Positions 9,885 to 17,705 of a stretch of 64,000 nt of DNA are shown here, piece by piece; within the stretch, counting starts at the first letter, position 1; each line of letters begins with the position of its first letter. Under the pieces are notes generated by a model. That model ran no database searches. It had not been told where the DNA came from and worked only from the letters and a program-made list of their open reading frames with translations. Made by a program: the position numbers and the translations under genes. The stretch comes from Bacteroidales bacterium (lineage in GTDB: Bacteria; Bacteroidota; Bacteroidia; Bacteroidales; UBA932), in the NCBI GenBank assembly GCA_017552475.1, contig JAFZPY010000126.1:126-64125 (forward strand). The letters are read 5' to 3'.

Positions 9885-10144
9885 ACCCTGATAATCCCGA
9901 TGATGTACTCAGTCTATCTTATTCAGAGTTATCTGCTCTCGAAACATCAGGATGTGTATTTATTACATCAACGGGATATCGTTGGGGGCCAAACTATGAT
10001 TATTCGCTGTACTGGATTGGAGCGTACTGGGCAAGTGATGGCTCTTTTGGTTTTGATAATGATAATCACTCTGCTTCTGGTGATCTCGCTGATATTTTTA
10101 TTGGCAGAGGAGTACGCTTGGTACAAGCTATAAACGGAATTTAA
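9869..10144 (+). pseudogene. Out-of-frame C-terminal domain (CLec/Fib_succ_major-like, typical of Bacteroidota DGR targets) belonging to the upstream adhesin
   Basis: -1 frame reads KQYILNPDNPDDVLSLSYSELSALETSGCVFITSTGYRWG...GAYWASD...GRGVRLVQAINGI*; no ATG start of its own; lies before the terminator. Confidence 0.6.
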
Positions 10145-10170
10145 TGATGCTTAAATAAAGATAAAGATCA

Positions 10171-10223
10171 GGAGAGGACGGACGACAAGTCGTGGCTACG
10201 AACAGTCCGTCCCCTCCTTTTTT
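10171..10223 (+). terminator. Intrinsic terminator after the adhesin gene
   Basis: GGAGAGGACGGAC...GTCCGTCCCCTCC followed by TTTTTT. Confidence 0.7.
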
Positions 10224-10224
10224 C

Positions 10225-10362
10225 TTTGCGGTGAGTGAGGGCAAGGTCAAACGCGGCGTAGAGGTGTTGAAGGGCTGGGGATTGGACGTTGTCGTCGCTT
10301 CAAATGTCCTTAAGGAAGACCATACCTATGCAGGGACGGTAGAGGAGAGGGCCGTGGAGCTG
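10225..10362 (+). pseudogene. Deletion remnant: 17 bp of the tRNA-Ser(CGA) 3' end fused to a 40-codon diverged LD-carboxypeptidase fragment
   Basis: 10225-10241 is the exact reverse complement of 13553-13569; 10242-10362 encodes KVKRGVEVLKGWGLDVVVASNVLKEDHTYAGTVEERAVEL, 34/40 aa identical to 13145-13265. Confidence 0.85.
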
Positions 10363-10453
10363 CTGGCCGTAAGGGTGTGAGGTTTTTTCATATGGTAAAG
10401 ATAGGGTTTTCTACCGAAAAAGTTTATTTTTGTGTCAAACAATTTGAGTTATT

Positions 10454-11296
10454 ATGAAAAAAATTCTGGTGCTGGCGCTGTTGTCCTTTTCTTTCCTGTC
10501 GCTGCGGGCTGGTGAGATTGTGACTGACAGCCTTTACAGCAAGGTGCTCGGTTCCGCAGTGAAGTATAATGTTTATCTGCCTGAAGGTTATTCGGCCGGG
10601 CAGCATTATCCTGTAGTGTATCTGTTGCACGGGCTGAGCGATGATTATACGGCCTGGGAGGAAAGAGGGCGCATGAAGATTGTTACGGATGAGCTCATGA
10701 AGTCGGGCGAGGCCAGGAAGATGGTGATTGTGATGCCAAACGCAGGAGGGCCGGACACGCATAATATGTGGAACGGGTATTTCAACATGCCCGGCTGGAA
10801 TTATGAGGATTTCTTCTTTGAGGAGTTCGTGCCTTCGGTGGAGGGTAAGTATTCTTGTGGCGGCAGCAAGGGACAGAGGGCTGTGATGGGGCTCTCGATG
10901 GGCGGCGGCGGCAGTCTTGTGTATTGCCAGAGGCATCCGGAGATGTTTTCAAGCTGCTATGCCATGAGCCCGTGGCTGGACAATGACGGGGATGAGCTCA
11001 AGTCTGCGCATAAGGATAAGCTGTACCTTGTAGCCAAGGCTGTCAGGGAGCATTCGGCGTTGGATTTCCTGGATAGGGCCGATGCAGGGACGGTGGAGAA
11101 GTTGCGGAGCGTGGCCTGGTTTGTGGACTGCGGAGATGATGATTTCCTGTTTCACTTGTCAGTCGCATTTCATCAGAAGATGAAGGCGGCGGGAGTCCAT
11201 AGTGAACTGCGGGTCAGGGACGGCGTGCATAATTGGGAATATTGGCATCTGGCGCTGAGATGGTCATTGCCGTTTGCGTCAAGGAATTTCAAGTAG
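10454..11296 (+). CDS. Exported alpha/beta-hydrolase esterase (CE1-like)
   Basis: YPVVYLLHG, GLSMGG nucleophile elbow, DCGDDD, GVHNWEYW. Confidence 0.88.
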   Translation: MKKILVLALLSFSFLSLRAGEIVTDSLYSKVLGSAVKYNVYLPEGYSAGQHYPVVYLLHGLSDDYTAWEERGRMKIVTDELMKSGEARKMVIVMPNAGGPDTHNMWNGYFNMPGWNYEDFFFEEFVPSVEGKYSCGGSKGQRAVMGLSMGGGGSLVYCQRHPEMFSSCYAMSPWLDNDGDELKSAHKDKLYLVAKAVREHSALDFLDRADAGTVEKLRSVAWFVDCGDDDFLFHLSVAFHQKMKAAGVHSELRVRDGVHNWEYWHLALRWSLPFASRNFK

Positions 11297-11659
11297 TTAC
11301 CAGCCAAAGATGTTGCGGAGAATCCACCAGAGGGCGATAATGATGATTATTGCCCATGGCAGGATTTTGTTGTGACGCCTGGGCGGCTTTATGATCTCCG
11401 CAAGAAGGAGGATTATGAGGAGGGGAATGGAGATGACGAGGGCGGCGTTGTATCTTACGGCAGCGACAAGGTCTTTGTTAAGCAATTGGTGCAACGCCCG
11501 TTGGGAGCCGCAGCCGGGACATTTCAGGCCTGTCGCCCAATGGAATGGGCACCTGGGGAAGATGTTGTCGGCGGGGTCGAATCGCGCGTAGATATAAAGC
11601 GCAAAGAAGGCTGCTATGGCGGCAAGCGCCCAAGCGGCCTTCTTTGTATTGGGTGTCAT
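11297..11659 (-). CDS. DUF2752-like membrane protein
   Basis: CPFHWATGLKCPGCGSQRA motif; start reassigned to MTPNTKK at 11659. Confidence 0.8.
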   Translation of the reverse strand: MTPNTKKAAWALAAIAAFFALYIYARFDPADNIFPRCPFHWATGLKCPGCGSQRALHQLLNKDLVAAVRYNAALVISIPLLIILLLAEIIKPPRRHNKILPWAIIIIIALWWILRNIFGW

Positions 11660-11667
11660 TGTGTTGA

Positions 11668-12006
11668 TTATTTGCAGAGGAAGAGGGTCTCGTTGAACTT
11701 CCTGTAGTTGTACTGATAGGTCCTTCTCTGGGCGGAGAAGATGTCTATCAGCCACCAGATGCCGCAGCCCTGGCAGGTGAGAACCTTGAGGACACCCATA
11801 CCGATGTCGCCGAGGAAGAAGCGCTCCCAGCCGAGCAGAATCGCAATGATGAGGATAACCGTCGGCTTCTGGAGGCCGAGTCCCATAAGTGGAGCTGACT
11901 TGGAGTCGTCCACTTCTGCCAATTTGTTCTGAACGTCCTGCAATGCCAGCATATCGAAGCAATCGCCGTTCTTTAACATGAATGCCTGTACATATTCTGC
12001 TTTCAT
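11668..12006 (-). CDS. TM2-domain membrane protein
   Basis: LLGWERFFLGDIGMGVLKVLTCQGCGIWWLIDIF; typical partner of DUF2752. Confidence 0.85.
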   Translation of the reverse strand: MKAEYVQAFMLKNGDCFDMLALQDVQNKLAEVDDSKSAPLMGLGLQKPTVILIIAILLGWERFFLGDIGMGVLKVLTCQGCGIWWLIDIFSAQRRTYQYNYRKFNETLFLCK

Positions 12007-12076
12007 AGGAGCAAATGATTATTGGTTAAACTATGCAAATTTAAGAGTTTTGATGGAGTGTGCAAATATTTTTGAG

Positions 12077-12257
12077 GGGATTTAGTCGCTTCGCGCCGAC
12101 ATCCCTGCCTCCTCGCCGGAGGGGCCCTGCAAAGCATGGAATGGCATCTCGGGCCTTCGGCCCTCTGGTGCTTTTTCATTGAACGACCCTTATGAGAACA
12201 AGTTCTCAACGGGCCGTCCAACAAAAAAGCACCGCAGCTTCGCTGCGATGCCATTCT
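12077..12257 (-). repeat. Structured REP-doublet-like element, copy A (3' of tRNA-Ser UGA)
   Basis: GAATGGCATC-GCAGC GAA GCTGC-GGTGCTTTTT...AAAAAGCACC-GGGCC GAA GGCCC-GATGCCATTC-ATGCTTTGCAGGGCCCCTCCGGCGAGGAG...AAATCCC; homologous to 13572-13756. Confidence 0.85.
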
Positions 12258-12263
12258 TTTTTG

Positions 12264-12348
12264 CGGAGAGAGAGGGATTCGAACCCCCGGACCCGTGAAG
12301 GTCAACAGTTTTCAAGACTGCCGCATTCGACCACTCTGCCATCTCTCC
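12264..12348 (-). tRNA. tRNA-Ser (anticodon UGA)
   Basis: GGAGAGATGGCAGAGTGG...GCAGT-CTTGAAA-ACTGT, long variable arm, GGTTCGAATCC, CTCTCCG. Confidence 0.96.
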
Positions 12349-12463
12349 AGATGGAGCTATCGGAGACTTCGGCTCGTACGCCGCCTGATCCGTAGCTTAG
12401 GGCCTGCCTTTTTTTGACAGGAGTGCAAAGGTATGCTTTTTTTCTGAATGAGCAAAATAATTA

Positions 12464-13423
12464 TCAGAAAATCACCTTCGTTACTGCATCATTGACCTCG
12501 ATTGTCACCTGACGGCCGATGTAGAGAGGGTAATTCTTGGTATCGTGACCGCAGGGGGCTCCATAGATTACGGGAATGCCGTATTTCTTGAAAACGCGCG
12601 CGGACATTTCTTCAATAGTAAAATTACCCTTTGTAGGACAGTCAGTCAATTCGCCGATGAGAATACCTTTGACGCCTTTGAGCTTACCTGTCAGGTCGAG
12701 CTGGGTCAACATACGGTCTATGCGGTATGTAGCTTCTTCGACTTCTTCAAAAAACAGGACAGCCCCATCCAGGTCATATTCATATGGCGTACCTATCTCG
12801 CTGGCAATGATGCAAAGATTGCCTCCGACCAGCCTTCCCGTCACGATGCCACGATCCGAAGCAGCATCGGTAGGGAATTCAAAGCCACGGTATTCTCCGA
12901 ATAGCGCCTGCCTCATATATTCCGTGCTGACGGCATCATAATCAATGGTAGTGAGGACAGGAGAATGCAATCCTTCAATACCAACGCTGTTCAATGCACA
13001 AAACACAGCGGTCACATCGCTGAAGCCGGCGATCCATTTTGCACCGCCCCTGGTGAAATCCACCTTGTCAATAATATGTGAGGCCCCATATCCGCCACGT
13101 GCCATCACTATGGCTTTAACGGAAGGATCATCAATCATCCTCTGCAACTCCAACGCCCTTTCTTCAACCGTCCCGGCGTAGGTATGGTCATTTTTATACA
13201 CATTGGAAGCGACAACCACCTCCAGCCCCCAGCTCTTCAATACATCCACACCGCGCTTAACCTTGTTAGCGCTGACTGATGATGATGCAAGACACACCGC
13301 CACCTTGTCTCCACGCTTGAGATATGGAGGCGTTGTCATACCATCTGTTCCGGCTGCTTTGCCTGAAGTACAGCCCATGGCCGAAATGACCACCGAAGCC
13401 GCAATAGCTAATATTCTTTTCAT
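12464..13423 (-). CDS. ldcA: LD-carboxypeptidase (peptidase S66), lipoprotein
   Basis: ARGGYG, GFSD (Ser), GGNL, FFEEV (Glu), CGH (His); signal SAMGC. Confidence 0.9.
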   Translation of the reverse strand: MKRILAIAASVVISAMGCTSGKAAGTDGMTTPPYLKRGDKVAVCLASSSVSANKVKRGVDVLKSWGLEVVVASNVYKNDHTYAGTVEERALELQRMIDDPSVKAIVMARGGYGASHIIDKVDFTRGGAKWIAGFSDVTAVFCALNSVGIEGLHSPVLTTIDYDAVSTEYMRQALFGEYRGFEFPTDAASDRGIVTGRLVGGNLCIIASEIGTPYEYDLDGAVLFFEEVEEATYRIDRMLTQLDLTGKLKGVKGILIGELTDCPTKGNFTIEEMSARVFKKYGIPVIYGAPCGHDTKNYPLYIGRQVTIEVNDAVTKVIF

Positions 13424-13480
13424 ACGGAAGACAAATATATGGAAAAATCACTAAATTTGCACTCCTGACACACGTCTCAA

Positions 13481-13565
13481 GGTGAGTTGTCCGAGTGGTT
13501 GAAGGAGCCTGCCTCGAAAACAGGTGTACGGCAACGTACCGGGGGTTCGAATCCCTCACTCACCG
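13481..13565 (+). tRNA. tRNA-Ser (anticodon CGA)
   Basis: GGTGAGTTGTCCGAGTGG...CCTGC-CTCGAAA-ACAGG, long variable arm, GGTTCGAATCC, CTCACCG. Confidence 0.96.
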
Positions 13566-13571
13566 CAAAAA

Positions 13572-13756
13572 GGAATGGCATCGCAGCGAAGCTGCGGTGC
13601 TTTTTTGATGTCCCGCCGTTGCAAGCTTGCTTGCAAAAGGAGGGGCAGCGAAAAAGCACCGGGGGTCACGGAGTGACACCGATGCCATTCCATGCTTTGC
13701 AGGGCCCCTCCGGCGAGGAGTCAGGGATGTCGGAGGGCGAAGCCCGACGAAATCCC
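13572..13756 (+). repeat. Structured REP-doublet-like element, copy B (3' of tRNA-Ser CGA)
   Basis: Same conserved blocks as copy A, with different but still base-paired internal hairpins. Confidence 0.85.
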
Positions 13757-13907
13757 GATGAATGAAAATCATGAGACACAACTTTTAGTCTTAGGCATCA
13801 TCCTGTGCGCAATTGTGCTGATGAAGAAGAAATAGTGTATTCCTGTATAGGCGTGATAACACTTGCAATCATCGGCAATATTTGCTATATTTGCATATCA
13901 TAGTATT

Positions 13908-13935
13908 TAAAATGTGCCATAAAGCGCATATTTTA
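13908..13935 (+). promoter_or_regulatory. Inverted repeat, candidate antitoxin operator downstream of a TATATTTG -7 element
   Basis: TAAAATGTGC-N8-GCATATTTTA just before the HTH gene ATG. Confidence 0.5.
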
Positions 13936-13946
13936 CATAATATAGT

Positions 13947-14258
13947 ATGGAATACCGAATAGATAACTACTCCAGGAATCCCAAGTTTTTGCTGGACAGG
14001 TTAGCCGCTAATTGCAAGGCCCGGAGGCTGGAGAAAGGATACAGCAGAAGAACCCTGTCAGATTTGACCGGCGTTCCTGCACCCACCATCGAACGATTTG
14101 AGAGGACCGGGAAAATTTCGCTGGAGTCCTTTTGCCAGATCGCCATTCTGTTTGACTATTTTGACGAGGTAGCCGCCATACTGAACCATACCAAATACTC
14201 CACCTCGCAGGAGCTGGAAAGCATTAATAAAAACCATAACAGAAAGAACGGACGCTAA
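13947..14258 (+). CDS. XRE-family HTH antitoxin (HipB-like)
   Basis: KARRLEKGYSRRTLSDLTGVPAPTIERFERTGKISL; TAATG coupling to hipA. Confidence 0.85.
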   Translation: MEYRIDNYSRNPKFLLDRLAANCKARRLEKGYSRRTLSDLTGVPAPTIERFERTGKISLESFCQIAILFDYFDEVAAILNHTKYSTSQELESINKNHNRKNGR

Positions 14259-15388
14259 TGACAGGAGTCAAAAAGATTCAGGTGCTGTTTCGCAACCATC
14301 CTGTGGGAGTCCTGCAAATGGACCCTTCCCAGGGCGTTTGCGTCTTTGAGTATGACAAATCCTGGCTGGCCGGAGGGTTCTCCCTGTCTCCCACCGAATT
14401 ACCTCTTCAAAGCGGCCTTTTCTATGCAGATAAGGATAAGTTGGGCGGGGTTTTTGCCACTTTTGAGGACAGCCTGCCAGATGGATACGGCCTGTACCTT
14501 CTAGACCGGATTCTTCGAAGACAGGGGTCTTCGCTTCAGGAACTCACACCGCTGCAGAGGCTTTCTATCATCGGCAACGGCGGAATGGGTGCCCTTTCCT
14601 ACAAACCTGTCATGACGGGCTTCCAGACTCAAGAGGAGCTGGAAGGAGAACAGCAACTTGACTTCTTGCAGGAAGAGGCCCTTAAGGTTCTTTCTGAAGA
14701 ATCCGGCGGAGATGCCTCTCTCCTGTACTATAACAGTGCCAACTCCGGTGGAGCGCGTCCGAAGACAGTCATGAGGTCCCGGGACGGTTCCCACTGGCTG
14801 GTCAAGTTCCGGCACACCTATGACCCTTCCGACATCGGCGAATCCGAATTGCTTTACATGCAAACCGCAAGGGAGTGCGGAATCACCATCCCGCGCATCG
14901 GCCTTGTGCGGGACAGATATTTTGCCATAGAACGCTTCGATTATGCCCCGGACGGGCAAAAAGTCCATATTCTCACCGCATCAGCCCTTCTCAAAACCGA
15001 TTTCCAAAACCAGAATGTAGATTATACCAATCTGCTGGCCCTGACGGGGTATCTTACACAAGATCCCGTTCAGGTAGAGGAAATGTTTCGAAGAATGGTT
15101 ATGAACCTGGTAGCCATAAACAAGGACGATCACGCCAAGAATTTCTCTTTTATTTGCGAAGCCGGGAAATGGTCTCTGGCTCCGGCCTACGATGTCACAT
15201 ACTCACCGGCTGGCTCCAATGGCGAACATGTCACTTCGCTCTTCTACAACGGAAATCCAGGCCTGGACCTGGTCCTGAAGGCAGGAACAGGGATCCGTAT
15301 TCCGGAATCCCGCTGTCTGGAAATCATTCGGACAGTCCAATCCGTCTGCGAGAAGAACCTTCCTGTTATAGCAAAGCTATTACCTTAA
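14258..15388 (+). CDS. hipA: HipA-family serine/threonine kinase toxin
   Basis: Couple_HipA N-domain (DSLPDGYG), SGGARPK P-loop, ERFD, NKDDHAKNFS, LAPAYD. Confidence 0.93.
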   Translation: MTGVKKIQVLFRNHPVGVLQMDPSQGVCVFEYDKSWLAGGFSLSPTELPLQSGLFYADKDKLGGVFATFEDSLPDGYGLYLLDRILRRQGSSLQELTPLQRLSIIGNGGMGALSYKPVMTGFQTQEELEGEQQLDFLQEEALKVLSEESGGDASLLYYNSANSGGARPKTVMRSRDGSHWLVKFRHTYDPSDIGESELLYMQTARECGITIPRIGLVRDRYFAIERFDYAPDGQKVHILTASALLKTDFQNQNVDYTNLLALTGYLTQDPVQVEEMFRRMVMNLVAINKDDHAKNFSFICEAGKWSLAPAYDVTYSPAGSNGEHVTSLFYNGNPGLDLVLKAGTGIRIPESRCLEIIRTVQSVCEKNLPVIAKLLP

Positions 15389-15391
15389 CTT

Positions 15392-16279
15392 TCACTTCGC
15401 CTCGGCGAGGACATAGTAGCACTCTTCATGAGTATCATCCTCCTGCTGATGCAGCAGAGCCGCGAGGGTGGTGGGATTCTCGTAGGTCTTGACGATATCC
15501 ACATCTGCGGGGAGTGTTTTGAAGGCAGAGGCGTCAATTGAGGCAGATTCACCGATATGCTTATCCAGCAGCCACTTCAGTCCAGCCTCCTGCTTTTTTA
15601 TAAATTCCGCATCTGAGAGCCCTGATGAATATGCCAGATACAGGGTGACATAGCAGGTCTCGTTAAGCATTTGCGTATCGGTCAAAACAAACTCATATCT
15701 GTTGTCGAGTATGCAATATGCACCATTTGCCTTCGGGTTGGCAAGAACAATATCTCCCCCCTTCCAATCAATCCCCAGGAAGTCACGTTCACACATCAGC
15801 TGATTCATCGTCGTTTCATACCTCAGCACATTATCCTTATATCCTTTCAGGGAAATCTGGAAGGTCTCATTCTCAAAGAAATATGAGCCCCATTGATGAG
15901 TGAATTTCACATGCCCGGGCTTCTTCTTATAAATGCAATACGAATCCGGCATCACCGGAGACACCATGACGATTGAATCATAATACTGCAGGAAATCCGG
16001 AAAACCGACTGGATAATACACATCCTGATTATCAACTATCCGAAAGGTCATGAAATCAAAAGGGGCCGCCACGCCCGCATCAAGATTCATCAGCGGCGTA
16101 AGCTGCACCATTTTGAGTTTAAATTTTGCTTCATCAGGCAATTCTTCTGACCCTGAAGGCTCCCCGGGTGTATCTGGAATATCTATATCAGTGATCTTGT
16201 CATCACCGCAGCCGGCAACGGCGAATGTGCATAGGAGCGACAACATTGCCCCGAATAAGACTCTCGATTTCATGTGCAA
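15392..16279 (-). CDS. Hypothetical lipoprotein
   Basis: 295-aa ORF with lipobox AVAGC and an acidic export-signal-like stretch; no family recognised. Confidence 0.7.
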   Translation of the reverse strand: MHMKSRVLFGAMLSLLCTFAVAGCGDDKITDIDIPDTPGEPSGSEELPDEAKFKLKMVQLTPLMNLDAGVAAPFDFMTFRIVDNQDVYYPVGFPDFLQYYDSIVMVSPVMPDSYCIYKKKPGHVKFTHQWGSYFFENETFQISLKGYKDNVLRYETTMNQLMCERDFLGIDWKGGDIVLANPKANGAYCILDNRYEFVLTDTQMLNETCYVTLYLAYSSGLSDAEFIKKQEAGLKWLLDKHIGESASIDASAFKTLPADVDIVKTYENPTTLAALLHQQEDDTHEECYYVLAEAK

Positions 16280-16310
16280 ATATTATTGTCTGCACAAATA
16301 TACAAAAAAG

Positions 16311-17702
16311 TTAACTTTTCACAAGCTTGTACGCAGGAACCAGAAGTTTCATGATAACCCATGCAACAAGATAGGCAAGACCGCAAAAACAGAATAAAAT
16401 GAAGTAGCCGGCCGGCTTTCCTTCAAATCCAAGGAAGGAAAAAGCGGAGCCCTGCACACCAGCCCAGGTAAACAAGTTACCAGCCACCTTCTGGACAATC
16501 ATGGAGCCTATCCCTCCGGCCATGGTCCCAATTCCCGTTATGGAGGCCACGGCGCTGCGAGGGAACATATCTCCAATGGTTGAATAAATATTGGCGCTCC
16601 AGGCCTGATGTCCCGCCCCGGCGAAGCCAATGAGCACCGCCGGCCACCAGGGGCTATACATTCCAAGAGGCTGTGCTGCAAGGGCGACAAGTGGGAAAAA
16701 TGCAAAAAGCAGCATTGCAATCATACGGCCGGCATAGGGATGCATTCCTTTCTTTTCAACAAAGAACTTGGGAAGATAGCCTCCGAAAAGCGAGACCACG
16801 GTCACAATGACGTACAAGGTAAATATGAGGCCCTGCCCCAGGGAGGACGATGCAGGCGCATCAAACTGATCCTGGAAGTAGGCCGGTGCCCAGAACAGGA
16901 AGAACCACCATACGCCATCAGTAAGGAACTTGCCGACAATAAAACTCCAGGTCTGCCTGTACATGAAACACCTGAAGAATGGAACAGGTCTCTCTTCAAC
17001 AGGCAATTCCGCCGGATCCGAATCATCCTGACGGATATACTCCAGCTCGGCTTTGTTTACATGCCTGCTCTTTTCCGGCTTGTCATACGCAAACTGCCAC
17101 AAGAACATCCAAAGAAATCCCAGAGCGCCAATGATGATGAACGCCCACTCCCAACCAAGCTGCTTTGCCAATGGCGGAATCATAAGAGGGGCGGACAATG
17201 CGCCCACGGAGGCACCGGCATTGAAAACGGACGTCGCAAAAGCCCGGTCCTTTTTCGGGAAATACTCCGCTGTGGTCTTAATGGCTGCAGGGAAGTTACC
17301 GCTCTCACCCAAAGCCAGAATGCCACGGCACAAGAGAAACAGATAAACGCTGACCGTTGACGCGGCCAAAGCCCCACGGGCAATCCAGTCCGTCGCAACG
17401 CCACATCCGGCATGCAGCACAGCGCCGAATGACCATACGCCAATCGCGATAAGATATCCTTTCCTGGTCCCCATCCAGTCCACGAACTTCCCTGCAAACA
17501 GGCTGAACAGTGCATAGAAGATTGAGAACAGGGCGGTAACAGTACCGTAGTCGGCGTCGGTCCACCCAAAATGCGGGGCAATGAATTCCTTGTAGGTCAG
17601 AGACAATACCTGACGGTCAAGGTAATTGACCGTAGTCGCCACAAAAAGTAACGAACAAATCCACCACCGCCAGTTGGTCATCAGTTTCTGTTGTGTACTC
17701 AT
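16311..17702 (-). CDS. exuT: MFS hexuronate transporter
   Basis: RWWICSLLFVATTVNYLDRQ, GESGNFPAAIK, KFLTDGVWWFFLFW. Confidence 0.9.
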   Translation of the reverse strand: MSTQQKLMTNWRWWICSLLFVATTVNYLDRQVLSLTYKEFIAPHFGWTDADYGTVTALFSIFYALFSLFAGKFVDWMGTRKGYLIAIGVWSFGAVLHAGCGVATDWIARGALAASTVSVYLFLLCRGILALGESGNFPAAIKTTAEYFPKKDRAFATSVFNAGASVGALSAPLMIPPLAKQLGWEWAFIIIGALGFLWMFLWQFAYDKPEKSRHVNKAELEYIRQDDSDPAELPVEERPVPFFRCFMYRQTWSFIVGKFLTDGVWWFFLFWAPAYFQDQFDAPASSSLGQGLIFTLYVIVTVVSLFGGYLPKFFVEKKGMHPYAGRMIAMLLFAFFPLVALAAQPLGMYSPWWPAVLIGFAGAGHQAWSANIYSTIGDMFPRSAVASITGIGTMAGGIGSMIVQKVAGNLFTWAGVQGSAFSFLGFEGKPAGYFILFCFCGLAYLVAWVIMKLLVPAYKLVKS

Positions 17703-17705
17703 TGG

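Noticed and set aside
9900-10133. 77-aa ORF MMYSVYL... in frame with the adhesin (possible readthrough or small membrane protein)
   Set aside because: No recognisable motif; the overlapping -1 frame carries the family-like motifs.
7104-10220. Complete diversity-generating retroelement
   Set aside because: No reverse transcriptase, accessory gene or template repeat seen in the window; only a target-like domain.
10192-10380. 62-aa ORF MATNSPSPP...
   Set aside because: Chimera of a terminator, the tRNA relic and the ldcA fragment; treated as a remnant.
11660-11962. N-terminal extension of the 221-aa ORF
   Set aside because: Overlaps the TM2 gene in another frame; the DUF2752-like protein starts at 11659.
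12003-12305. Short ORFs over the tRNAs and repeats (also 13487-13765 and 13560-13781)
   Set aside because: They run through tRNA genes and palindromic repeats; their mutual similarity reflects the DNA repeat.
12077-13756. CRISPR array or integron attC cassette array
   Set aside because: Only two copies, inverted rather than tandem; no spacer periodicity, cas genes or integrase.
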